Below, in pieces: positions 8,700 through 16,815 of a DNA stretch of 64,000 nt. Position 1 is the stretch's first letter. Every line of letters starts with the position of its first letter. The notes under the pieces were generated by a model. The model was not told the origin of the DNA and searched no databases. It saw nothing but the letters and a program-made list of their open reading frames with translations. The position numbers and the translations under genes are program-made. This DNA is from a virus: the IMG/VR virus record IMGVR_UViG_3300025118_000005, positions 15,503 through 79,502 of that record, one strand, 5' to 3'.

Positions 8700-9132
8700 G
8701 ATTATGAAAAACCTATTAAATGCAATTGATGACCTCCTGTGGCCTTTGGGTACCGCTCTACTCGTAATCCTTGCGAGCGTGCATTTCGTGCCTATGTTTA
8801 TCGGCCTTTTGATTTTTTAAGTAGTCACTAAAACCTACGCTTGAGCCCTGAGCTTGTTATCTATTCCAAGCTTGTAACGAAACAGCGTGATGATTATGAC
8901 TGCGACCCCCCTAGGGGGTACCCCCCCGGGGGCATACCCTTGGGGGGGTTATTATACTATTAAAGGCTTGACATTATATAGCGGCGGGACCGGTCCTGCT
9001 TGGTACGTATACGTATAGTACGTATGCGTACAGTGTGTGTGTATGTGTGTGGTAGTACGTATGCGTACAGTGTGAATAACTTTTATTAAAAAAGCCCTTG
9101 ACAAATGCCTTGGTGTGTGTTATATTATTACC

Positions 9133-9300
9133 ATGATGAACGAAGAATCGATATACAAAGTAACCCTAGTCAAAGGGCCACAAACATCTATTATGCCTAT
9201 TAAGGCACGTGATGAGGCGCACGCTGTACGTATAGCGCAGCACATGGGCCTAGGCCTAGTGGTGAGGGTAGAATTCGCCTGTATAGACAATTTTAACTAA
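9133..9300 (+). CDS. Hypothetical protein, similar to 9993-10166
   Basis: Promoter 9098-9126; ESIY.VT...I.A.DE.HA.RI shared with 9993-10166. Confidence 0.6.
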   Translation: MMNEESIYKVTLVKGPQTSIMPIKARDEAHAVRIAQHMGLGLVVRVEFACIDNFN

Positions 9301-9564
9301 ACAACAAAAGGATAAACATATGATAAGCATAGGATTCGAGACACTCGTAGGCATAGGGCTAGTAGCATACGCACTATGGAAAACAGATAAAAAGAATTTG
9401 GGCATAGTGCTCATTGGCTTGGCTGGTGTGGCATTAGCCATATTGGGTAGACATAGTTGTGGGTGGTAGGGGGTACACCCCCCACACCCCCCCTAGGGGG
9501 GTGTGAATAACTTTATTAAGAAAGCCCTTGACTTTTAGGTGATTATAGACTATATTACATACAG

Positions 9565-9783
9565 ATGAAGATGATAATGAAACTACTCGGAGCTAAGTAC
9601 ATGGTCACCAGCCATGCTGGCACACGCTACTTCTGGAGGCTTAATGCAGCCATCAAGGCAGTACAGCATAACGTAAGCAGGGACATAGTATGGACGCTTA
9701 ACTATAAGCCCGCTTATGTACATAACCCTGTATTCACCAGCGTACACCCTGACGCTGCTAACTATCACACTGCTAGGCCCTAG
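9565..9783 (+). CDS. Hypothetical protein
   Basis: Promoter 9528-9556, MKMIM start. Confidence 0.55.
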   Translation: MKMIMKLLGAKYMVTSHAGTRYFWRLNAAIKAVQHNVSRDIVWTLNYKPAYVHNPVFTSVHPDAANYHTARP

Positions 9784-9992
9784 GGCGTACCCATCTACTA
9801 ACAAGCATGGACACAGGCTTATGTAAACAACACATACATCTTATATTAAAAGCTTGACATTGTATAGCATCGGGACCGGTCCCGTTATTGAGAATTAGTC
9901 TCATTACAATTGTGAATAACTTTTTCATATTATCGCTTGACTTTTTGTCATTTATGAGGTATACTATATGTATTGAGAGTGAGAGATTAAAG

Positions 9993-10166
9993 ATGATGAA
10001 AACAGAAAGCATATTCGACGTAACCTTTGAAGATGGTGGAAGCGTATTTATTCAAGCAATGGATGAAGAACACGCGCGCCGTATCGTAGAAACAAACAAC
10101 TTGTGGCGTTGGAACACTGAAGATGAGGGCCACGCTCGCACCGTAAGAAAGATTGAGAAAGTCTAA
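9993..10166 (+). CDS. Hypothetical protein, similar to 9133-9300
   Basis: Promoter 9937-9965; ESIFDVT...IQAMDEEHARRI. Confidence 0.6.
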   Translation: MMKTESIFDVTFEDGGSVFIQAMDEEHARRIVETNNLWRWNTEDEGHARTVRKIEKV

Positions 10167-10210
10167 GGGTAGGACAGCCTTTGTCCCACCCCTCGTGGTA
10201 TACTTAACGT

Positions 10211-10585
10211 ATGAAAATGATTATGAAAGAACAAACTAACAAAGCAAACAACCTTCGCCTTGGAGCGATTTACATCAACACCAACACTGGCGCACCTTGC
10301 CGCTTGGTCAACATCGTTGCCTGTCAAGGCGTATGGTTAGAAGCCTATGACGGACAAGGCTATGGTGACCTTGTGAAATTCGAAGATGTAGCGTATGCTG
10401 ACACGGATGAAGTCCAAGACTATTTGGATGACTATCGTGCTTACACCGCAAGCGAGAAAGCTCCAGCATACAAGCCAGAGCGTGAGTATGCTTACGGCAA
10501 AGAGATTGTGCGTGACTCTGATGGCTCTGCTGTTATCGGATGGTACGATGACAATGATGGCAACGACATTCGTTGCAGAGACTAA
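10211..10585 (+). CDS. Hypothetical protein
   Basis: Extended -10 TGGTATACT, MKMIM start. Confidence 0.65.
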   Translation: MKMIMKEQTNKANNLRLGAIYINTNTGAPCRLVNIVACQGVWLEAYDGQGYGDLVKFEDVAYADTDEVQDYLDDYRAYTASEKAPAYKPEREYAYGKEIVRDSDGSAVIGWYDDNDGNDIRCRD

Positions 10586-10613
10586 CACTATTAAACTTAA
10601 CCCTTATTATATT

Positions 10614-10868
10614 ATGACAAAGAAACATTTGGAATTCCTCGCCGCTCTCATTAACGCCGCACACAACGGCACAAGCGCAGAGACGCTGGCCACGCTGGCC
10701 GCCGCCTACTGTGCCAAGACCAACCCGCGCTTTGATGAAGCGCGTTTTCTGGCCGCGTGCGGAACCCACCTACCGCCACCCCCTGAGGTGATTGAGAGCC
10801 AAGACGACAACCGCAGGCCAGATGGTAAGGTCAAGCGCATGTACGGATTAGAAAATCACGCGCCGTAA
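10614..10868 (+). CDS. Small phage protein, paralog of 4197-4451
   Basis: MTKKHLEFLA...NPRFDEARFLAACG. Confidence 0.75.
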   Translation: MTKKHLEFLAALINAAHNGTSAETLATLAAAYCAKTNPRFDEARFLAACGTHLPPPPEVIESQDDNRRPDGKVKRMYGLENHAP

Positions 10869-11001
10869 GGCGCGGGGGGCATACCCCCCCCATTTATGAA
10901 AAAAACGGAGGGGCACATTTTAGAAAACGGGCGGGGGGGGTTAAAAATGAGTCTCCCCGAGGGCCTAAAAATCCCCCGGGGGCTTATTAAAATAATTTAA
11001 A

Positions 11002-11274
11002 TTATCTAATACCGCTAGAATATACAATAATCAGCGCGGCGTTCGATGGGGTAAAATTAGTACAATGGATAGGATAAGCTAAATTTAATGCCGTTTGACC
11101 GGGTATAGTAATTTGATCTAAATGAGGTTGATCATTAAAATTAATAGTATGTTGACCGGCAGCAGCGTTGATTACATTAAAAATATGAAATTGACCTGTA
11201 ACCGCTGTGCTTCCAGCCATTGTCCTCAACTGTACTCCGTGAGGGAATCCTGTGTCTTGATAGCTTACATTCAT
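11002..11274 (-). CDS. Hypothetical protein
   Basis: 90-aa ORF preceded by the GTGTA motif on the minus strand. Confidence 0.6.
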   Translation of the reverse strand: MNVSYQDTGFPHGVQLRTMAGSTAVTGQFHIFNVINAAAGQHTINFNDQPHLDQITIPGQTALNLAYPIHCTNFTPSNAALIIVYSSGIR

Positions 11275-11297
11275 GTTATTTACTTACACTATATATT

Positions 11298-12233
11298 TTA
11301 GTTTTGACCGCATCCTTGACAAGGGCCCTGAGGGTCTACCGATTTAGAGCGGGAGTTTTCATATTCTTTTCTATTAATATAATTTTCCATTGCTTCCTCT
11401 GCTTCTTCGCGACTAGGTGGATTTTTAAAGATATCTCTAGAATGGTCTTTAATAAGCTCCGAAAGACCCCAAAAAGTATTTCTATTATAATTGAGAGAAC
11501 CTTTATCAGCGGGACGAGAGGCGGTTACTCTATCGACCCCTCCTTCCTTTCGGATTCTATAACGATGTACGGGAGTATCATCATCTAGAGAAACCTGTTT
11601 GGAAGAATGGGCGACAGGAACGATATCTTTAATATATTTTAAATGATACCATAATAAAAGATCTTCGAATCCAGTATTGAATATCTTGTGTTCGGGGAAG
11701 AAAACTCCATCTTCTGGCAAAAAGTTACAATCAAATAAAGTAGCCCAAGGTCCGAATCTAAGGGTATCTACAGAATATTGAGCATTATTAATTCGAGGCT
11801 GAAAGGGGAATGGATTTTTTTCCCACGCTCCGACAACGAAAGGAGAATTTTTCTCAACGGCGGTATGTATCATATTCGGACGTTCGGGTAACATGTCGTC
11901 GTCTGCGTCCATAAATAAAATTGATTGATAGTCTTCTTTAAAATTATGCGCTTCTTTAATAAGGCGGTTTTTTGCTTCTCCCACTGTAGAAGCTTTATCG
12001 TATTCGTATAAATGAACCTTGTCTGCGGTTATCCTGCCCGCCTCTACATATCTAGCTAACTCTACTAAAGAGTTATCTGTAGAATCATCATCTCCAACCA
12101 AAAGTATCCAACTTTTATCTTTTAAAGATTCATCTAGGCTAAGAAGGCAATTTTCTAAACAACTTTCTTCATTGTACATGGAAAGCAATACTTGATAGCC
12201 ATGTCTCTCGGGTTGATATTCGTTTGACCACAT
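11298..12233 (-). CDS. GT2-family (GT-A) glycosyltransferase
   Basis: VLLSMYNEE..L..CL.S, VGDDDSTD, A.N, FMDADD, ED motifs. Confidence 0.85.
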   Translation of the reverse strand: MWSNEYQPERHGYQVLLSMYNEESCLENCLLSLDESLKDKSWILLVGDDDSTDNSLVELARYVEAGRITADKVHLYEYDKASTVGEAKNRLIKEAHNFKEDYQSILFMDADDDMLPERPNMIHTAVEKNSPFVVGAWEKNPFPFQPRINNAQYSVDTLRFGPWATLFDCNFLPEDGVFFPEHKIFNTGFEDLLLWYHLKYIKDIVPVAHSSKQVSLDDDTPVHRYRIRKEGGVDRVTASRPADKGSLNYNRNTFWGLSELIKDHSRDIFKNPPSREEAEEAMENYINRKEYENSRSKSVDPQGPCQGCGQN

Positions 12234-12279
12234 ATTTACTTGATTTTTTACAAGATAACATATATTATAAAATAGTCAA

Positions 12280-13146
12280 ATGAAAGGTATAATTTTAACT
12301 GGAGGACACGGTTCAAGGCTATATCCTTCAACCTTGGCTACGAACAAACAGCTTTTACCCGTCTTTGATAAACCCATGATCTATTATCCGTTGACGACGT
12401 TAATGGAAAACGGCGTTAATGATATTTGTATTATTACAAACCCTGCCTCCACGTCGAACTTCAAAAAATTAATGGGAGATGGGTCTCAGTGGGGTATAAA
12501 AATTATATACAGAGTCCAAAAAGAGCCCAAGGGGATTCCCGAGGCATTTTTAATTGCTAAAAGCTTTCTAAAGCGTGACGACGGAGTAGTTTTGATACTC
12601 GGAGACAATATTTATTATGGAGCAAATGATATTTTGCAAGATGCTTTTTATAATTTTAGTTCAGGCGGTACGATCTTTGGTTATCGCGTGGAAGACCCAA
12701 GACGATATGGGGTTGTAGAGATGCAAAGCAATAAAGTTTTATCTCTCGAAGAAAAACCCAAAAAGCCTAAAAGCAATTTCGCTATACCGGGACTCTATCT
12801 TTTTGACTATGACGTAATCGAAATTACAGAAAAATTAAAACCCTCTAAACGTGGCGAGCTTGAGATTACAGACGTTATGAAAGCGTACCTTCGTGATGAT
12901 GCCCTAAGTGCATTTAAGCTCCCTAGAGGAACAGTGTGGCTCGATGCGGGTACTTCTAGTAGCCTGTTTGATAGCTCCGCGTACGTTCAGACGATTGAAA
13001 AGCGACAAGGCGTAAAAATTGGCTGCCCAGAAGAAGCGGCTTACCAACAGGGTTACATTAACAAGACACAATTAAGAAAATTAATAAAAAACACTCCTGA
13101 TTGTGAGTATAAAAATTATCTATTAACAATATTAAAAAATGAATAA
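12280..13146 (+). CDS. rmlA: Glucose-1-phosphate thymidylyltransferase
   Basis: GIILTGGHGSRLYP, KQLLPVFDKPMIYYPL, LILGDN, EKP, RGELEITD, WLDAGT. Confidence 0.97.
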   Translation: MKGIILTGGHGSRLYPSTLATNKQLLPVFDKPMIYYPLTTLMENGVNDICIITNPASTSNFKKLMGDGSQWGIKIIYRVQKEPKGIPEAFLIAKSFLKRDDGVVLILGDNIYYGANDILQDAFYNFSSGGTIFGYRVEDPRRYGVVEMQSNKVLSLEEKPKKPKSNFAIPGLYLFDYDVIEITEKLKPSKRGELEITDVMKAYLRDDALSAFKLPRGTVWLDAGTSSSLFDSSAYVQTIEKRQGVKIGCPEEAAYQQGYINKTQLRKLIKNTPDCEYKNYLLTILKNE

Positions 13147-13723
13147 CACAGAATGTAATCATGTACTAACAAAAATAGCTTCTAAGTATAAAGCTTATAC
13201 AGATAAGTGCCCAATGAGCGAGTATAACATCCAACATGTATATACTGAGATTTATGGGCCTTTATTCGAGCATTTAAGGTATGAGCCCGTAAGATTACTC
13301 GAAGTTGGTGTTAGATGGGGCGGTTCGTTGGCAATGTGGCGTGATTTTTTCCCTAACGCAGTAATTTATGGGGTAGATATTAACCTCTCTCAGATGGTCG
13401 GTGAGCTAAAATCTGTAAATGTTATAGAAGGAAATGCGTATGACGAAGATTTTGCGAAAAAACATTTTGAAAATACAGAATTTGACATTATGATTGATGA
13501 CGGAACCCACGCGGAAAAAGACATTATAAAGTATTTTAACATTTATCGTAAATATTTAAAAAAAGGCGGTTATTTAATTGCTGAAGACATCGCGACTATT
13601 GAATTAGCAAGAAACGTTATCGATAATTTTAACGGGCCTATTAATAATATGAGCATAATTGATAGAGCTCATTGTATTCCTTCAACGAGAGGAGAGAGAA
13701 TGATCATGTATAAAGGCTGCTAA
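13139..13723 (+). CDS. Class I SAM-dependent methyltransferase
   Basis: LLEVGV..GGSL..W..FFP, FDIMIDDGTH, LK.GG.L..ED. Confidence 0.85.
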   Translation: MNNTECNHVLTKIASKYKAYTDKCPMSEYNIQHVYTEIYGPLFEHLRYEPVRLLEVGVRWGGSLAMWRDFFPNAVIYGVDINLSQMVGELKSVNVIEGNAYDEDFAKKHFENTEFDIMIDDGTHAEKDIIKYFNIYRKYLKKGGYLIAEDIATIELARNVIDNFNGPINNMSIIDRAHCIPSTRGERMIMYKGC

Positions 13724-13926
13724 TGAAAAAAGAAAATTATTTTAATAAACTTAAGTCTCCTATTCCCCAGCATCTTACTCCAGAAGAGAGGGAAAGGTGG
13801 GAAGAGGAGCACGAGTGGGAATTACAGGAAAGAGCGAGACGTAGAAAAGAGGGTTTTTATGATCAAAAGCCTAAAAAGAAAAATATAGGTTGGAAACTTA
13901 TACAAAAATTGTTTAAAAAGAGCTAA
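13723..13926 (+). CDS. Hypothetical charged protein
   Basis: Translationally coupled (TAATG). Confidence 0.5.
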   Translation: MKKENYFNKLKSPIPQHLTPEERERWEEEHEWELQERARRRKEGFYDQKPKKKNIGWKLIQKLFKKS

Positions 13927-13938
13927 AAAGGATCATTA

Positions 13939-14862
13939 ATGGTATTACTTTTAGGAGGAAGCGGATATATAGGCAATCAGTTTTTAAAAGAACTGAAGAA
14001 AATGGGCATAAATACTTATGACTTATCTCGTTCTGAATATGATTACTATGATGTAGACACACTAAGGCGCTTAATAAAGACTAAGGGGATTAAATTTTTA
14101 ATTAATTGTGCTGGGTATACTGGTAAACCCAACGTGGACGCTTGCGAAGATAATCAAAAGGAAGCCCTTCGAGGAAACGTGACGCTTCCTAGAGTCATAG
14201 CAAAAGCCTGTAGGTACTCAAAGGTTCCTTGGGCGCACGTCTCTTCGGGATGTATTTACAATGGAACCAAGGGGGCTAATGGATTTACTGAAAAGGATGT
14301 ACCTAATTTTACATTTGACTATGGTAACTGTAGTTATTATTCTGGTACAAAGGCTATGGCAGAAGAAGCACTATTGAAAGAATCAGATCAATGTTATATT
14401 TGGAGGTTAAGGATACCGTTTGATGAATTTGATGGATCAAGAAATTATTTGTCTAAATTAATGCGTTACCCAATGCTCCTAAGCGTTGATAATTCTATTT
14501 CTCATAGGGGAGATTTTGTTAAATATTGTCTAGCGTTATGGCAAGCGAAAGCAGATTTTGGTATATATAATGTAGTTAACACCGGTGCAGTAACAGCAAA
14601 ACAAATAACGGAAAAAATGAAGGAGATATTAAATAATGATATGTCTTTTAAGTTTTTTCAATCTGAACAGGATATGTATAGTTTAGGTGCCGCTCGTACC
14701 CCACGTTCTAATTGTGTTTTAGATAATACTAAGTTAAGAAAAGCCCTTTACCCCAAAAGGGTTCGTACCGCTCTCAAAGCTGTAGAGCATTCACTTAAAC
14801 ATTGGATAGAAGAAGGTAAAGAAAAAAAAGATAATGGAATCCCCAATTCGTATTGGGATTAA
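13939..14862 (+). CDS. RmlD-like NDP-sugar reductase, NRS/ER-type (possibly bifunctional 3,5-epimerase/4-reductase)
   Basis: GGSGYIG, NCAGYTGKPNVDACE, SSGCIY, YSGTK, RLRIP. Confidence 0.8.
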   Translation: MVLLLGGSGYIGNQFLKELKKMGINTYDLSRSEYDYYDVDTLRRLIKTKGIKFLINCAGYTGKPNVDACEDNQKEALRGNVTLPRVIAKACRYSKVPWAHVSSGCIYNGTKGANGFTEKDVPNFTFDYGNCSYYSGTKAMAEEALLKESDQCYIWRLRIPFDEFDGSRNYLSKLMRYPMLLSVDNSISHRGDFVKYCLALWQAKADFGIYNVVNTGAVTAKQITEKMKEILNNDMSFKFFQSEQDMYSLGAARTPRSNCVLDNTKLRKALYPKRVRTALKAVEHSLKHWIEEGKEKKDNGIPNSYWD

Positions 14863-14977
14863 TTATTTTAATTATTGTTGTTTTATTTGCCATGAGAAAA
14901 GAAATTAAATTTCCATCTAGCCCCCCTCCTGTTGACGATGGAAATATATACTTTCTATTAACGAATATAAATAAATT

Positions 14978-15790
14978 ATGAAGATTATCGCTGAGATTGG
15001 TATAAATCACAATGGAGAAGTCTCTTTGGCTAAAAAGCTAATCGACATTGCTTTAATTGCTGGATGTAGCCATGTAAAGCTTCAAAAGCGTAATCCAGAC
15101 CTCTGCGTACCCGAACATCAAAAAAACGTCTCTAAGAGTACTCCTTGGGGCAATATGACCTATCTGGAGTATAAGCACAGAATCGAATTTAACCATAAAC
15201 AATATAAAGAGATATTTGACTATTGTGATCTTAAAGGCATAAAGTGCTTCGCGAGCGTTTGGGATAAAGACTCTGTAGACTTCATGATGAAATATGCCGA
15301 TATGGCAAAAATCCCTTCTGCTTTAATCACTGATTTAGAATTATGTGAATACGCGAGGTGGAAGAACAAAGAACTATTAATCTCTACAGGTATGTCCACA
15401 GAAGAGGAAATAGAGCAGTGTGTTGAAGCTTGTAGTCCAGATGTAATTTTTCATACCAACTCTACTTATCCGGCTCCCGTCTCAGAGCTTAACCTTTCGT
15501 ATATAACTTGGTTAAAGGAGAAATACCCTCATTCAATTATTGGATATAGTGGACATGAATACGGTTTGGTCCCAACGTTTGCTGCTGTTGTCATGGGGGC
15601 GGAATATATTGAAAGGCATATTACCCTAGATCGAACAATGTGGGGGTCTGATCAAATGGCCTCGGTAGAGCCTGCGGGATTAATCAAAATGGTCAAAGCT
15701 ATTAAAGATCTCAAATCAAGCGTGGGTCATGGAGGCCCACGTGAATTGTTAGAGAGTGAAAAAGCCAAAAGACAGAGTCTAAGAAAATGA
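14978..15790 (+). CDS. neuB: N-acetylneuraminate synthase family protein (short, no C-terminal SAF domain)
   Basis: IIAEIGINHNG, VKLQK, ISTGM, GYSGHE, IERHITLDR. Confidence 0.92.
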   Translation: MKIIAEIGINHNGEVSLAKKLIDIALIAGCSHVKLQKRNPDLCVPEHQKNVSKSTPWGNMTYLEYKHRIEFNHKQYKEIFDYCDLKGIKCFASVWDKDSVDFMMKYADMAKIPSALITDLELCEYARWKNKELLISTGMSTEEEIEQCVEACSPDVIFHTNSTYPAPVSELNLSYITWLKEKYPHSIIGYSGHEYGLVPTFAAVVMGAEYIERHITLDRTMWGSDQMASVEPAGLIKMVKAIKDLKSSVGHGGPRELLESEKAKRQSLRK

Positions 15791-16815
15791 AACGAGCCTT
15801 ACATCTATTTCCATCCGACGGACATAATAACTCTGGAGATTTTATTATAGGCCCCGCAACGAAATGGCATTTCGAAAAAAATATTGTAAAAGAAGAAATA
15901 GAGTGGTCCAACAAAAATGTTAGGGATTATTTTGAAGATAAAGATGCTGACATGGTTAATAAGTATGATTATTTATTAATTGGAGGAGGTGGTTTAATAT
16001 TACCCGATACTAACCCTAATAATATATCATGCTGGCAATGGCCCGTATACTGTGATACTCTAAGAAAAATAACTGTCCCTATTTATGTTTTATCTATAGG
16101 TTATAATCTATTTTATAACCAAAAAATTACCATGATGAACCAAGCGGTCCCATCAGAGATTCCGCAAAGGTCTACTATTTTCAAAAACAATATTGAGACT
16201 TTAATTGAAATTAGCAAGCATTTTTCGTTAAGGCATAATGGAGATTGTGACCGACTAAAAGAAATCGTTGATCCAGAGTATCATGATAAAATCAAATTTG
16301 AATTTTGTCCCACTATAGAGTTTTCTAAAGATTATAAAGAGAAACACAAATTATCGTCCGATACAAGGGATATATACGCATTTGAGGTTAAAGACGATAG
16401 ACCAGATAGGAGATATCATAATACATCCAGACAAATTTTTTATGATCACTTAAAGAATTTTATTCTGCATCTTTTATCCTTAAACAAAAAAGTTTGTGTT
16501 TTATCTCATGACGGAAGCACGTCTTTTAAATCTTATCTTGATAAAGTAGGCGTAAACGTGGGCTTTATTAGTAACGCTTTTTCTACGGAAGAAAAAATTA
16601 TATCCAATTACTTAAAGATCGACAAATTATTTTGTATGGCTGGACACAGTCAAATGATGGGGCATGCGCTGGGATGTAACGTGATTAGCATGATCAGCCA
16701 TAATAAACAAAAATACTTCTTAGAAGACATAGGGGAATATATCGATAACAAATATGTTGATGTTAACAACGAACATGTATATAGTAAACTAATGGGAATA
16801 TATGAACAAATATAA
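15787..16815 (+). CDS. Polysaccharide pyruvyl transferase family protein
   Basis: NSGD, LIGGGGL, SIG, SLR, H near C-terminus. Confidence 0.7.
   Translation: MKRALHLFPSDGHNNSGDFIIGPATKWHFEKNIVKEEIEWSNKNVRDYFEDKDADMVNKYDYLLIGGGGLILPDTNPNNISCWQWPVYCDTLRKITVPIYVLSIGYNLFYNQKITMMNQAVPSEIPQRSTIFKNNIETLIEISKHFSLRHNGDCDRLKEIVDPEYHDKIKFEFCPTIEFSKDYKEKHKLSSDTRDIYAFEVKDDRPDRRYHNTSRQIFYDHLKNFILHLLSLNKKVCVLSHDGSTSFKSYLDKVGVNVGFISNAFSTEEKIISNYLKIDKLFCMAGHSQMMGHALGCNVISMISHNKQKYFLEDIGEYIDNKYVDVNNEHVYSKLMGIYEQI

Larger units (their letters stand above)
2000..9883. repeat. Dispersed (GGCGGC)GGGACCGGTCCC element, 5 plus-strand copies and 3 minus-strand GGGACGGGTC variants
   Basis: Copies at 2000, 5828, 7765, 8986, 9872; minus variants near 3749, 4545, 4584. 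Confidence 0.9.
2017..9903. promoter_or_regulatory. Five Fur-box-like palindromes TGAGA-N5-TCTCA
   Basis: 2017, 4526, 4565, 5840, 9889; each next to a GGGACC/GGGACG element. Confidence 0.6.
4193..9919. promoter_or_regulatory. Nine DnaA boxes (TTATTCACA, one TTATCAACA) upstream of early promoters
   Basis: 4193, 4504, 4602, 4614, 4848, 7961, 9071, 9502, 9911; eight match TTWTNCACA exactly. Confidence 0.75.
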
